DNA of 64,000 nucleotides from a virus, in IMG/VR virus record IMGVR_UViG_3300034107_000314, positions 64,001 to 128,000 of that record, one strand, 5' to 3'. Position 1 is the first letter of the stretch. Each line of letters begins with the position of its first letter. The notes below the pieces were generated by a model that was not told the origin of the DNA, did no database searches, and worked only from the letters and a program-made list of their open reading frames with translations. The position numbers and the translations under genes were made by a program. Positions 1 to 11,222 of the stretch are shown here, in pieces.

Positions 1-1
1 C

Positions 2-1684
2 ATTGATTGTATTACTTACGTTGTGAGTTAGCCAAGGCTTAGTGCAAAGCTCAATATTAGTGCCGGGCAATACCCAGTTCTGTTGTGTTGACTTTACAAT
101 CTTAAGTAACTCAATAGCTGTAATCTTATTCTTTGTTTTGCTACCGTCTGGGACTTCAATACAGAAAGCAATTACATCATCGGTTCTATTGGCCGACCAA
201 ACAGATTCTTCGCACGCTCTTGGGTTGACTTTGTTGAAGTGCTGGTACAGTGCCTCCACCTTATTCGCCTGTACGCGACGAATATAGCGTTTAGCGTGAT
301 GAGGGTGAATACCACTGGCAGTGCCAAGGATACAGCTAGCAGTGCCTTCAGGCTTGACACAGGTGACTCTCGCCGCTTGATTAATTCCAATCTTCTGGGC
401 GATAGATTTGTTGGTTTCTTTTGCAAGCTCTGCTGCCTTTCGTTGAATATCTGGATTCAAGCAGATCTCAGGCTTTTCTAACCAACCTGTTCCAGATACA
501 CCTAGTAATGCTTCTCTAGCAAAAATCTTTTCACTAGTCTCTCCTAAATATGGAAAACTATTAAATCCAGCTTGAAGAGTTCCAATAATAGTTACTGCTT
601 TAACTGCATCATAAAACTCTTGTTCAGTAGTAACTTTAGCACAGTTAACTGTAGAAAGATTACAACCTTGCCATCCACTCTTGCCAGTTTCTACATCTAC
701 TGGATACATGCCAATTTCAACACATGGATTAACAATAAAATCTTCATCGTCGGCCCATACGAAACCCGGTTCACCAAATTGCTTAACTGACTGCATTAAT
801 TCTGCAAATTGTTCAGGAGTTGTCTTATCTCTTAAAAGAAGTGCTGAATTATTTGATCGACCCCTATGAGGATTATCGGTAAACCAATTGCCAGTTTTAG
901 CTGTAGCCATCTCTTTATCATCTGGCGAGAAGAGGCAAATGGTAGCACTACGCCTAACTCCACCACTAATAACAGCATCGGCAGCGTGCATAACAATGTC
1001 ATATGCTTCGATTGGTTTAATTCTGAAATCACCTCTGTTAATGGCATTGTCTAACACTTTCTTAATGTTGTTAAGAGCTTTCTTTAGCGGTTCTGAACCC
1101 GGAGCTTTTCCACCTCCAGAAATTCTTGTACCTTTCGCTCTAATCTTGTCAAAATTAAACTGAATTTCTTTTCCTTGATATTCTGGAAAATCAGTTTCAC
1201 CTTCAAAATAAGAACTTAGCAATACACCGATTGCATCACTCCAACCTTCAATTTCATCTGGTACAGTATACTTGACTTTTCCAGATCTTTCTTTTGATAG
1301 GTTAGGTAGTTTATCAATGTGTTTTTTCTGCACTGAAAATCCTACGCCACAACCACAAAGAAGCATATACATGCACTCTTGAAAGAATCGCATTCTATCA
1401 ATGAAAGATACTGTACAATTAAACATACGGGCGTTATGCTTAAAGATAGGATCTCCACCAAATTGCAAAGCTCTCTGCGAGCCTAAACCTTTCTTCTTGA
1501 GCATCATATCATATGCCCAGTCAATATCTGCGTGCAAATCTTCGCTCTTATCTGCATATTGTTTATGCATCATATTCCTAACGCGATCCACACTCTCCTT
1601 GTATGTTTCTCGCCTCTTCTTATCTGGTAAATATCTTGCATATTTTGCGGAAAATGTGTAATCCTGTAAAGCTTTAATCGACAT
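2..1684 (-). CDS. nrdJ: Ribonucleotide reductase, NrdJ-type (monomeric ribonucleoside-triphosphate reductase-like); runs off the window's left end
   Basis: Hand translation from ATG at 1684: MSIKALQDYTFSAKYARY...RRETY...FNCT...GCGVGFS...SGGVRRSA...NPCVEI...CNL...TCVKPEGTAS. Absent from the ORF track because it has no stop within the window. RNR is secure; the class assignment is less so. Confidence 0.88.
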   Translation of the reverse strand, partial: MSIKALQDYTFSAKYARYLPDKKRRETYKESVDRVRNMMHKQYADKSEDLHADIDWAYDMMLKKKGLGSQRALQFGGDPIFKHNARMFNCTVSFIDRMRFFQECMYMLLCGCGVGFSVQKKHIDKLPNLSKERSGKVKYTVPDEIEGWSDAIGVLLSSYFEGETDFPEYQGKEIQFNFDKIRAKGTRISGGGKAPGSEPLKKALNNIKKVLDNAINRGDFRIKPIEAYDIVMHAADAVISGGVRRSATICLFSPDDKEMATAKTGNWFTDNPHRGRSNNSALLLRDKTTPEQFAELMQSVKQFGEPGFVWADDEDFIVNPCVEIGMYPVDVETGKSGWQGCNLSTVNCAKVTTEQEFYDAVKAVTIIGTLQAGFNSFPYLGETSEKIFAREALLGVSGTGWLEKPEICLNPDIQRKAAELAKETNKSIAQKIGINQAARVTCVKPEGTASCILGTASGIHPHHAKRYIRRVQANKVEALYQHFNKVNPRACEESVWSANRTDDVIAFCIEVPDGSKTKNKITAIELLKIVKSTQQNWVLPGTNIELCTKPWLTHNVSNTIN

Positions 1685-2169
1685 TATTCTTTTGCCCTTT
1701 TATTTTGTAGTTTTATACTTAGATTACTGAATACTGTATATTCAAAATCTAATTCTTTTATTTTTAGTCCATTTTCAATCAAGAAGTTAATTATCTTAAT
1801 ATCATCTTCGCTCATGGAATAAATCACTCCATGTTTATCTACTATGATTTTTCTGATACCATTCTGCCATAGCATTTTTGAACATACCGAGCATGGATAT
1901 CCAGTTACATAAGCTCGTAAGTTTTTTTCTTTCACAATCATATTAGCTAAAGCATTTTGTTCAGCGTGGATCATATATGGATATTTGTAAGGACGAATCA
2001 TTGGTAGATTTTCATCCTGTGTATTAGCTGGAAAGCCATTGTATCCTACGCTAACGACATGATTGTCTTCGTTAACAATAACACAGCCCACTTGCGTTTG
2101 TGCGTCATGTGAACGCACAGCGGCTAAATGGGCCATTGCCATAAAGTATTGATCCCAGTCGGTTCTCAT
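1684..2169 (-). CDS. dCMP deaminase
   Basis: HAEQNA and PCSVC zinc motifs; DWDQYFMAMAHLAAVRS N-terminus; likely start 2169 overlapping the upstream stop (ATGA). Confidence 0.93.
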   Translation of the reverse strand: MRTDWDQYFMAMAHLAAVRSHDAQTQVGCVIVNEDNHVVSVGYNGFPANTQDENLPMIRPYKYPYMIHAEQNALANMIVKEKNLRAYVTGYPCSVCSKMLWQNGIRKIIVDKHGVIYSMSEDDIKIINFLIENGLKIKELDFEYTVFSNLSIKLQNKRAKE

Positions 2170-2925
2170 TTTTTTAGGTACTCTTTGTGAACCCAAGTGA
2201 GTTGTAAAGTACCCTCGTCAACATTCGCTCCAATTATAAAAGGCCCGTAGGCTACTAGTTTATTATAGCCTTGCTTTGCCTCAAAGTATCCACAATATCC
2301 AGAAATTCGCTTTTTTGTTTCTGTTCCGGGAATTAGCTGACGGTCCAATTGGTACAACTTGTCAAAATCCACTGACTTTAAATTAACCATTGTTTTGTCC
2401 TATTATTCTGAGATTTTAAAAAATGAAAGAACGTCCTTCTTAAGCATTTGTCCTACGTATTCAATTTGTTCGCTAGCGGGATCTTCATCTGCAAATGATA
2501 GAAAATAAAATTCTGTGACTTCATCAGCAATAAGCTCGTTTAACATTTTTGCATTGTAGTCACTTTCTTTGAAAAGCTTATCCAGCTTAGAAGGTAAAGA
2601 GAAAGCTATATAACCTTCTCGTTCACCCAATACTTGAAAGCTAATACAGTAATAAGATATTTTATTTTGTTTAAACTTAAAGAAGCTCAAAATATCATTA
2701 TTCCAATCAAATTCTTCTTTAATGTCAATATTGCCAATTTTAATACTCATTCTTATCACTTTCTAGAACCACAGTTATTTTGTTTAGTCTGATATCAATG
2801 AAAGTCTTGTCGTCAACTTTCCTTACATTGATATTATCCAACACCGCTTTCACTTTGTCAAGGTCTGACTGGGAGAAATTTAGCTGATTCAGCAAAATCT
2901 CAACTAATTTATCTTTTAATTCCAT
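2166..2925 (-). other. Three small hypothetical ORFs (2166-2390, 2403-2759, 2740-2925)
   Basis: Tightly packed co-directional ORFs; no recognisable motifs. Confidence 0.6.
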
Positions 2926-3313
2926 TTGTAGCTCCAGCGGCAGCAGTCGCCATCCCGTTAGACATCGAAATTACTTTTTTTTTATCTTCCAAGATATCGT
3001 TTTTTGCAATACCGTCTTGCATAAGCTTATCTAATTTATAAGTATGCTCATTTAATATCTCTGCATGTACGGTAAAATTTTGTACTAAAATTTCATTTTG
3101 TTTCTCTAGAATGCTTACGGTTCTACCCGATGCATCTTTTAACTGAGTAACTAATTCAAAGTGGGCGTCCACTATTGGTTCAACTTTAATAAAAATCTTT
3201 TTACCTAGTTTATAAACTACAAAGCCAGTAATAAGCCATAATCCAACAGGGAATCCAGTTTTATTGATAAACTCTCCCAAATTTGGTAATACTTCATGCC
3301 ATGACATGTTCAT
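2909..3313 (-). CDS. Membrane protein with N-terminal TM segment and helical tail (holin-like candidate)
   Basis: GFPVGLWLITGFVVYKLG hydrophobic segment followed by an amphipathic tail; AGGAG RBS. Confidence 0.45.
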   Translation of the reverse strand: MNMSWHEVLPNLGEFINKTGFPVGLWLITGFVVYKLGKKIFIKVEPIVDAHFELVTQLKDASGRTVSILEKQNEILVQNFTVHAEILNEHTYKLDKLMQDGIAKNDILEDKKKVISMSNGMATAAAGATNGIKR

Positions 3314-3325
3314 AATTCATCTCCT

Positions 3326-3360
3326 AAAATAAAAGGGGACTGGGAATCCCAATCCCCCGA
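3326..3360 (-). terminator. Rho-independent terminator
   Basis: Minus strand GGGGATTGGG-ATT-CCCAGTCCCC followed by TTTTATTTT, directly after the stop at 3367. Confidence 0.8.
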
Positions 3361-3366
3361 ATTTAA

Positions 3367-3999
3367 TTACTTGCCAGTGATAGGTGAGTAGTTATATTTA
3401 TTAGATGATGTAGCAGGATTGTAATCAACAAAATTGGTCAAGATATACAATTCACCCGGAACCGCTCTGCTTGGAATAGATCCAGAAGTACCGAAATCTG
3501 CACCAGCTGTGCCAGTTGGGTTTGTGATCCAAGTAGTTCTCTTCTTGATCTTGTCGCCGTTAGAATCATATCCTGTTCTACTAAATTGGCTCTTGCGAAC
3601 TAGTGTTGTAGAATTATCATAGTTATCTTTGATATAATATGGATATTTTGGGCCAGAAACAGTATTAGCCATGAAGAGCAAGAAAGTCTTGGATACGCCA
3701 GCAAGAGTTGTTGCAACTCTAGAGATCAACCAAGTATTTCCTGATCTGCTATTGGAGTTATAAGCAAATGTTCCACCGCTAAGAATTTTTGCAGTGTTAT
3801 ATGTTTTAGCTCCACTTAATTCTTTTGGTCCGGTTGTAATTGATGTATTGTTTGTGTTTACATCTTTAACTTGGATTGCTTTTGTGATTAGTGTCGTAGC
3901 AGTAGACAATCCGATGATTGTTCCACCCTGTCGCTGTGTGGTATAAGCTCCACCAGCAGTATTTTTTAAATATGGATTGGACGATTGATTTGGAACCAT
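3367..3999 (-). CDS. Putative virion structural protein (Thr/Ser/Gly-rich)
   Basis: Composition typical of virion proteins; own terminator; preceded by a GTGTATAGTA motif. Confidence 0.45.
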   Translation of the reverse strand: MVPNQSSNPYLKNTAGGAYTTQRQGGTIIGLSTATTLITKAIQVKDVNTNNTSITTGPKELSGAKTYNTAKILSGGTFAYNSNSRSGNTWLISRVATTLAGVSKTFLLFMANTVSGPKYPYYIKDNYDNSTTLVRKSQFSRTGYDSNGDKIKKRTTWITNPTGTAGADFGTSGSIPSRAVPGELYILTNFVDYNPATSSNKYNYSPITGK

Positions 4000-4066
4000 T
4001 GCAGTTCTCCTGTTTATGTATTAAAACTTATTATTTTCCTATTATCCTTGTTTTAGGTTCCTCTTC

Positions 4067-4573
4067 CTACTCTACTATACACAATTCTCTGCACAAATTT
4101 ATCGCTTTTTTTAATTTTTTTCTTGCAGCTTCTTTTCCATATCCATTTTGTTCACCTATTTCCTTATTTGTCATGTTGTAATAAAATTTTTGAACCAGTA
4201 CATTATATAGTTCTTCGTTTTTATCTTTAACAGACATCAAAATATCTCTAGCTTCTTCTTTACTTTTAAAATCGCACGACAGTGCATTGTGATAATTATC
4301 AATATATTCAGTATTCTGAAAATCTCTAGCCTTGCTTTTGTACAGTCTTCTAGAATTGTTTTGTATGCTTCTATACAAGTAAGATGAGAATTTAGCTTTT
4401 TTTGTAGAATTGAAATTTTGCAAACATCCCCATAGCGTATTCATTATAACCGATTTAATTTCATCTTTTGTGCATACACCTTTTAAATTTTCATTGCAAA
4501 CTTTGTGCATAATTTTTTTATAATATTCATTATTAATAGCTTCTTCAAATTTCTTATCGTTTACAGATTGCAT
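4067..4573 (-). CDS. Phage RNA polymerase sigma factor (sigma70 family, regions 2 and 4 only)
   Basis: Region-2-like FNSTKKAKFSSYLYRSIQN; region-4 HTH MTNKEIGEQNGYGKEAARKKLKKA. Confidence 0.8.
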   Translation of the reverse strand: MQSVNDKKFEEAINNEYYKKIMHKVCNENLKGVCTKDEIKSVIMNTLWGCLQNFNSTKKAKFSSYLYRSIQNNSRRLYKSKARDFQNTEYIDNYHNALSCDFKSKEEARDILMSVKDKNEELYNVLVQKFYYNMTNKEIGEQNGYGKEAARKKLKKAINLCRELCIVE

Positions 4574-5642
4574 TTTCTATTTCCTTTTTTACGTTTGTGA
4601 AATTAAACATTTTTCCTACACCAATACAAAATGTGTATCTACTCATAATTTTCAATGCTTCTACGCCATTGATTATTTTTATCTTGTCAGATACTTTATA
4701 CGTAATATCAAAATTGGTGTATCCTAGCCAGCAGTACCATCTGTCTGAAGGTTTTAATGCGGATTCACTGGGAACAGTTCCAAATGGAGTGTGTATTAAT
4801 GGAGACCCCATGTCTAATAATGGTCCTAAACTATTAGTTATTCCCATGTTACTTAGCAACTGTTCATTATCCTCAGATTCTTCATCCATCATAAAATCTA
4901 TAGGCTGAGATTCTAGAAGTTCTATCTCTTTTTCATTCCAGCTTTCCCACATTATTTTTTTCATTAACTTAGCTCCACATTGGTAGGATCTATGACTAGA
5001 CTTGTAGGCGACGATAGTTCATTAAAAGCTTTAGAAAATGTATTGAATTTTTTTAATCCATTTTCCATAGTTTTTGATTGAACTTTTAACTGTTCTAATA
5101 TTAATTCATTAAATTCTCCGCTAGTAGATTTATTTAATAGTAATGCAAACTTTTTAATTTCTTCTGTGGTATTACCCCACGCAACTTCAAATGCTACATT
5201 TCCATCAGTATCTAAACAAAAAATAATAAATGACTGAGGTGTAAAATCTTCAGTCAAATCGTCTTGGGTCTCCGTTGATGCATTCGACATAAAAGTTATC
5301 CGGTATGAGTTTATAAAAATTCGTTGTATTGACTATTTTTCCATTCTTTATACAATCTTTAAAATATAGCATTTTACTTGTATATATAATTTCAATAGTG
5401 TCTTCTTTTTTTCTACATGATACTAATTCTTTTGTAGGCCATTCATAATGTACTTTAATATATTCTGTGAACAATTCTAATAAACATTGTTTAGGACCGC
5501 TATGAAATAGAGTCATTCTTTTTTTTAAGATATTATATTCATCATCTAATAATATTTTTTTATAATCTATATCTAATTGTGATACAGAATTGTCTTCAAA
5601 TATAGGAATAAATGATATATCTATATTGTATTGCTTATCCAT
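4554..5642 (-). other. Three hypothetical ORFs (4554-4964, 4964-5290, 5250-5642)
   Basis: Overlapping co-directional ORFs downstream of a sigma70-like promoter at ~5674-5702. Confidence 0.65.
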
Positions 5643-5703
5643 TATTTCCTCCTATAAAAATGGGCTTAGTAATATTATACCAAGCCCCAAAGAATTGTCA
5701 ATG

Positions 5704-7383
5704 TTAATTTAATAAAATCCAAGCAATTGCCCTCATTTTTTCAGATAAAGCAATTTGCTCTTCTTTTGTAATGATAGCTTCATTTTCTCCAAGCGTAGAT
5801 AGTATGATTTTATACATTCTATCTCCAAGAGCTTTATACTTATTGCTAATTCTATTATTAAATGTTAGCTTAGCGGATTCCACATAAAAGTTTTCGAAAG
5901 ATATTGAATTTACATTTTCATAAGATGGTAGTCTTTTACCCACCTCATTATTAAAAATGGCAATCAGCTCTCTATCAAAAACTTCGTCTGGGCCGGAAAC
6001 GATGTCTTTAATATCTTTTAACTCTTCGTATAGTTTATCGGTAGGCTTTTTCAAGTCTAGCATTTTACTGTAGTTTGTAGATGGAATTACTGGTTTATCA
6101 ATATTAATTCCTGAGATACTATCCCAAAAAAAACCAATTAATACAAAAGCAATTCCTAAATATACTCTAGGCTTCATATTATTTGTCCACTTTAATTAAC
6201 ATTGGGAAAATTTCATCTAGTGTTATAACAGCTTCAGATAGATTGTTCTCTTCGCAAGCATCCTTGAATGATTGCCACTTCTGAACAATCTCTACCAAAT
6301 TATCTTTAGTATCGACTGCAACAACAGGAGCTGGAGCTGGAGTCGGGGTGATATTTGGAATATCAATATTGTTGGCTTTTTGCTGAATCTTCTTTAGCAA
6401 AGAAGAAAAATCAAATGAGGATAGGATTATAACGATTCCAAGTCCTAAAAAAATTATTTGGCCTGTACTCATTGGACCACCTCAGTCTTTCTTAATGAGT
6501 CGCCAACAATCCAGCTCGCACAAACCAGCACGATATTCTGAACTTGATCTGCGCTTAAAGTAGTAATCCCTAAACTTTCTGTTGTTACAGCTAATACGCC
6601 AGCTACCGCGACCCAAAATCTACGAGATTGAAGCAGGGCTTGAATTTTAGTTTGCATTTTTTGCCTCCTGAATGATTGATTGAAAACTTTCTGATGATAT
6701 TTTTTTTGATTCTGCCAATAAAAGATCTTGAACTTGAGGTCTCAAGTGAGCATATTCTTTTGGAAGTTTATCTTTGACAGCTTTACGCAATAGAATTTTA
6801 TCTAATGCACCCGGATTTTTAACTCGATCTTCCAAGCTTCTTCCAAACACATTACACTTCATTAGCAGTTGAAGAACTCCAATAATGATTGATCCAATGA
6901 TAACTATTAGACCAAAATCAAAAGAGTAATTTTTTTCGCCATCCTCTATATTTGAAGCTATTTCTTTTGCTAGTTCATCTACGCTCATGGGTTCACCTGA
7001 ATATATTGTATTTGGGGTTGCGGTTGTGGCTGAACAGCCTGAACTTGTGGCTCTTCCTTTGGTTTACACTTACACACGCCGCCATCTTTTGAACACTGAC
7101 ACTTTAGTTTATTGCCATCTGGTTGAATTAATTCACCTGTTCCATTGCACTTGCACCCAAGATCAGGTGCTGGAGGTGCTGGCTTAGGAACATTCTCCTT
7201 TTTAATATTTTTCTTCTCTGTAGTATCTAAAATACTATTTACTCTTTCAACTTCTTTTTTAAGATCTGATTCGATATCTCTAGATCCGTATACTTGTAGT
7301 TGTTTATCTGCTACGTTATATTGGCTATAAGTATAGCCAACGATTAACCCTAAAGCAAGAACTATAACGCTTTTAAAATTCAC
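5704..7383 (-). other. Five small membrane/exported proteins (5704-6177, 6179-6472, 6469-6657 two-TM holin-like, 6647-6988, 6985-7383 signal peptide plus CKCNGTG...CQC...CKC)
   Basis: Each has an N-terminal or internal hydrophobic segment; start/stop overlaps. Confidence 0.65.
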
Positions 7384-8315
7384 GCAAAAATCTCCTTTAC
7401 TCTTGTCCAGTCCATCTTTCGTTTAAACCCGTTGAAGTTGCTGTAAGCGAATGTCGCTCCAGCACCAATCATACCTTCGGCAACTTTTTGCCTAGTCCAA
7501 AAACTACCATCTGGTTGTTCATAGACTTTAGGACCAGAATTCCATAGTCCCCAGCTATTTCCAACTAGGAACAACATTTCATTAAATCTTTCATAGGTAT
7601 CATCACATGCAAGTATTGTCATTGCGTGCGCCCAGCTACCTTGAGGTTCTGCAATTCCATTTTTATCCCTTTGCGAAGAGAATCCATAGTTAGAACATAC
7701 AGATAAAGCATATCCATTAGCTAGCAGATCTCTGGCTTGCTCAACGCTGTTCACTGCTGTTACTGTGGTTATCTTGTGCTTAGAGCATTCCTTCACTACA
7801 GCTTCAGGGATTCCTCGTCCACCCCAGTTCATTCCTATTTTAGCATTGTATGTTGATAAGTCAATACCTAAATCGTCATATTTTTGCCTAAGTAAGAAAC
7901 CTCCTGTTGTACTTACGAATCTTGCCGCTTGTGAACAATGCATTCCTTGGCCGCTAGAACCCCTAGAACCATAGATTGGTTCAGTAGCTCCTCTAGCAAT
8001 GAAAGACTCTTTCTCTTTGCCATACAGGATTTCGTAAGCCCTAGTGATGTCTACAGCATTGCGTGTAGCATGACTTACGCAATCGCCAGTAGTTTGACTT
8101 TCATCTCCTCCAAAAGAAGGAAAGAAATATTGAATTGCTTTATAAGGCAAGGAAAGAACTCCTTTACCTGTTCCATATAATTCATCACCAATATCTCCAA
8201 ATAATGGATGTGGTAATTCTTGCATGAGTTTTGCCATGTCAACTGGATCACACACTGCGCCTTGTAATCCATTATTATACTGATCTAAAAGTTCTTCTGG
8301 ACTATTAAATTCCAT
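7380..8315 (-). CDS. Papain-like (C1 family) cysteine peptidase
   Basis: QTTGDCVSHA (oxyanion Gln, catalytic Cys), WAHAMTI (His), VGNSWG (Asn). Confidence 0.85.
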   Translation of the reverse strand: MEFNSPEELLDQYNNGLQGAVCDPVDMAKLMQELPHPLFGDIGDELYGTGKGVLSLPYKAIQYFFPSFGGDESQTTGDCVSHATRNAVDITRAYEILYGKEKESFIARGATEPIYGSRGSSGQGMHCSQAARFVSTTGGFLLRQKYDDLGIDLSTYNAKIGMNWGGRGIPEAVVKECSKHKITTVTAVNSVEQARDLLANGYALSVCSNYGFSSQRDKNGIAEPQGSWAHAMTILACDDTYERFNEMLFLVGNSWGLWNSGPKVYEQPDGSFWTRQKVAEGMIGAGATFAYSNFNGFKRKMDWTRVKEIFA

Positions 8316-9357
8316 TTAAGATCTCCCTTGCTGTATTTTCCCAAGAGAATTTTATAGCGGTTTCAATACCTGCTAAATTTAATTCTAGTTCACTATCTTG
8401 TTTTAATCTATGAGTTTCTCTCATATGATTTATAATTTGATCTTCTTGTTTTTTGCCAAGCTCAGCCCATTCGCCCTGACCGTGAAACCATATTCCATCT
8501 TGAGCTTGAACCAATGTGTCTGTCTCTACGATATAAGAATTATTCCTATTTGTGAATTCTGTATGACCAGAATAATCAGTTGTAATTACATGTTTGCCAC
8601 ATGAAAGAAGTTCTAATAGTTCTAGATTCCAACCTTCAGCACGAACTGGAAATACTCCTACATCAACTTGTCTCATAATATTATACACATCCCGGTGATA
8701 TTTTTGCCTTCCAATAAATCTAATTTTATTAGCAATAGAAGAACCCTTATAATAATTGATCCAATCGTTATTCTTTTCACCTAAGAAGGGGTTTTCGCAC
8801 ATCATCCATAGCTCTACGTTGTCATCTTGATTAAAGGCTGTTTCAAAGCATTTCTTGATAACATCGTGACCTTTGCGGAATTCCCACTTTCCACAATTAA
8901 AGAAAATCGTAGGCTTTCTTCTTACATTATTATTTTCATTAAAGATTGATCTATCAATACCCAAAGGTATGACTTTTGGAATTATGCCAACTTGATCTTC
9001 GACAATATCTTTTGCCCATTTAGAACATACGATAAGCTGATGGCAACCTTTCATGCTCATCTTTTCTTCTTTTGTGAATTGATTAAGTTCAAAGATTGGA
9101 AATCCAACCTTCTCGCCCCTCCCTACAGATTCGTGTAATCCATTTTGATGCCAAATCTTAAGACATGGTTGAGACCATTTTAGATTCTCATCTTTATTTC
9201 TCCAGTCAAATTGAGCTAATTCCTCGTATAGTTCTGGTTCTGGCTGGCCAATTGGGAAAATTGTCAAATTGTCGCCAAGCTGTTTAGCTAATTGTTTAGA
9301 TATATTATAACCAACTTGACCATATCCAAGACTATTTATAGGACATTGTAAAAACAT
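8305..9357 (-). CDS. Glycosyltransferase, GT4/GT-B fold
   Basis: FFNCGKWEFRKGHD and FPVRAEGWNLELLELLSCGKHVITTDYSG (E-x7-E motif). Confidence 0.88.
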   Translation of the reverse strand: MFLQCPINSLGYGQVGYNISKQLAKQLGDNLTIFPIGQPEPELYEELAQFDWRNKDENLKWSQPCLKIWHQNGLHESVGRGEKVGFPIFELNQFTKEEKMSMKGCHQLIVCSKWAKDIVEDQVGIIPKVIPLGIDRSIFNENNNVRRKPTIFFNCGKWEFRKGHDVIKKCFETAFNQDDNVELWMMCENPFLGEKNNDWINYYKGSSIANKIRFIGRQKYHRDVYNIMRQVDVGVFPVRAEGWNLELLELLSCGKHVITTDYSGHTEFTNRNNSYIVETDTLVQAQDGIWFHGQGEWAELGKKQEDQIINHMRETHRLKQDSELELNLAGIETAIKFSWENTAREILNGI

Positions 9358-9719
9358 TAATCACTCTCCCAAAGTTTAATTATATTATCTGGAAAATATA
9401 GTTCTTTAATAGCATTGTCTAGATCTTCAATTGTTTGTCCAGCGAGTCCAGTTCCAATTGGAGTTAATAAGAATACTAGATCATCGTGGACCTGAGCATA
9501 CTTCATAAGGACTTCAAGTTGAACCCTAATGAAATCCCATCCTATGAATCCAGTTCGTAAATCTTTAGTTATTATAGCGTAAGTTTGACCTTGACGCCCA
9601 CTATTCTTTCCATATTCTGCGCCCCAAGTCATCGCCGTTTTAGCTGCTCCCGCCCCATGCCTACCTTCAGTATTACTACCAAATACAAATATTTCATTCT
9701 GCAATAAGAATTCTACCAT
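9357..9719 (-). CDS. A1S_2505-family phage protein (macrodomain-like)
   Basis: EIFVFGSNTEGRHGAGAA...GQTYAI...TPIGTGLAG. Confidence 0.75.
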   Translation of the reverse strand: MVEFLLQNEIFVFGSNTEGRHGAGAAKTAMTWGAEYGKNSGRQGQTYAIITKDLRTGFIGWDFIRVQLEVLMKYAQVHDDLVFLLTPIGTGLAGQTIEDLDNAIKELYFPDNIIKLWESD

Positions 9720-9781
9720 TATTTTCTCCAAAAAAAAGAGTCGCCCAAAAGGACGACTCATATTTATTAACTGTTGTTATA

Positions 9782-10906
9782 TCAATAAGAATCGGCTGAG
9801 ACAACTTCGCCGCCAGCACGGGTAATCAAAGCTCTGACGACTGCTGCATTTGTTGTATCTTTAACAAATCTTACAGAGCCATCTGTCATTGCCATGTTAG
9901 CTCCACCGGGATGCCATGAGAAGATTTCATTATTTGGACCGCAATCATGAATTCCCCAATCATTTGCACCACAACTTGGCTTGCCAAATCCACCAGTCTT
10001 GTTATTGTTGATAACATTTGAAACGCCAGCAGCATTATCAGGATCGCCCCATCTCCATGACCGTCGAGCGCCTTGAACATAAGGAGCAGGAGCATTCAAA
10101 TCAGGAGCGTAGTCTGTTGTTGGAGAGGCATAGTTACCAACACCTTGCATCTTTGGGCTACGACCAGTGTCTTCATAAAACATAGCAGTGTTAGATGTGC
10201 CATCTGTTGTTGCACCAATCGTTGCTCCACCCTTATTAATATCAACTGTTCCATCCAAAACTTTTGCTGGATCAATTTGATAAATCTTACTAGATGAACA
10301 CACTGTACATCCATACGCTTTATAGGCAGATGTGCCGTAAGCATTACCAGTCAATGATCCGGGAGCGGGTGTTGGTCCAACATAGCCAGCTTGCCACTTT
10401 GTAGTTCCATCGGGCATGATCTCAGTATAAGGTGCGGTTGCATAGTCGATACAACCAAATCCAATACTGTCACGTCCGTTCTGTCGGTCACTCTCAAGTG
10501 CATTTGTTGGACACAAGAATGCATTAATCACTGTTGCACTTGCAGTTACATTACCAGAGAAATTATATGGTAGTTGCAAGTTGAGTTGATTATAAACATT
10601 GCCTTGTTCGATACTCCCAAGAATCATTGTGAATGCACTGTGATAGTCTTGCGTCTTATAGGTCGTACTGCCAACTGTTACATTATGCTCTCCAGAGCGT
10701 GGAAATGTCCCTTGGGCGCTTTCAAAGTTGTGAGCGGACAAAGCTAGCTGTTTAAGGTTGTTTGTACACTGGGCGCGCCTAGCTGCTTCTCTAGCGGACT
10801 GTACTGCTGGAAGCAGGAGTGAGATAAGCACTGCGATAATGGAAATTACCACAAGCAACTCAATAAGGGTGAATCCACGACGATTAACATTTTGTGTTTT
10901 GATCAT
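9782..10906 (-). CDS. DUF1559 prepilin-type N-terminal cleavage/methylation protein with H-X9-DG C-terminal motif (Planctomycete family)
   Basis: RRG|[50 protein letters not shown]; C-terminal [18 protein letters not shown]...[12 protein letters not shown]. Confidence 0.95.
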   Translation of the reverse strand: MIKTQNVNRRGFTLIELLVVISIIAVLISLLLPAVQSAREAARRAQCTNNLKQLALSAHNFESAQGTFPRSGEHNVTVGSTTYKTQDYHSAFTMILGSIEQGNVYNQLNLQLPYNFSGNVTASATVINAFLCPTNALESDRQNGRDSIGFGCIDYATAPYTEIMPDGTTKWQAGYVGPTPAPGSLTGNAYGTSAYKAYGCTVCSSSKIYQIDPAKVLDGTVDINKGGATIGATTDGTSNTAMFYEDTGRSPKMQGVGNYASPTTDYAPDLNAPAPYVQGARRSWRWGDPDNAAGVSNVINNNKTGGFGKPSCGANDWGIHDCGPNNEIFSWHPGGANMAMTDGSVRFVKDTTNAAVVRALITRAGGEVVSADSY

Positions 10907-10970
10907 TTTTATTTTTCTCTCAAGTGTTTAAAGAAGAAGGACACCAACGCGATGTCCTTCGTACTCAATT

Positions 10971-10999
10971 ATTATAACCGACCCAGACCCCATTGTCAA
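10971..10999 (-). promoter_or_regulatory. Consensus sigma70 promoter for the DUF1559 gene
   Basis: TTGACA-17 bp-TATAAT on the minus strand. Confidence 0.85.
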
Positions 11000-11008
11000 G
11001 TTAAGATT

Positions 11009-11212
11009 TCATGAAGATTGAGCTTTTTTTAACGCTTCTGGGTCTGGTCTATCAGGATCGCCCGGCTTGGCTGGCTTATAGTTCTTACCCTCTCGCTCTT
11101 TTTTCTTTCGGATATTTTCCCATAGGCCGGGCTTTTCTGCTTCTGACTTATCGACTTCGGGCTTGTCAGCTTCTGTATATTCGTTCATAGCATCTGTATA
11201 ATCTTTTTTCAT
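11009..11212 (-). CDS. Small charged phage protein
   Basis: KPGLWENIRKKKEREG...PGDPDRP; AAGGA RBS. Confidence 0.6.
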   Translation of the reverse strand: MKKDYTDAMNEYTEADKPEVDKSEAEKPGLWENIRKKKEREGKNYKPAKPGDPDRPDPEALKKAQSS

Positions 11213-11222
11213 GTTAATATCC

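Noticed and set aside
42-1661. Short ORFs listed in the track across 42-1661
   Set aside because: They are antisense or off-frame shadows of the long RNR reading frame
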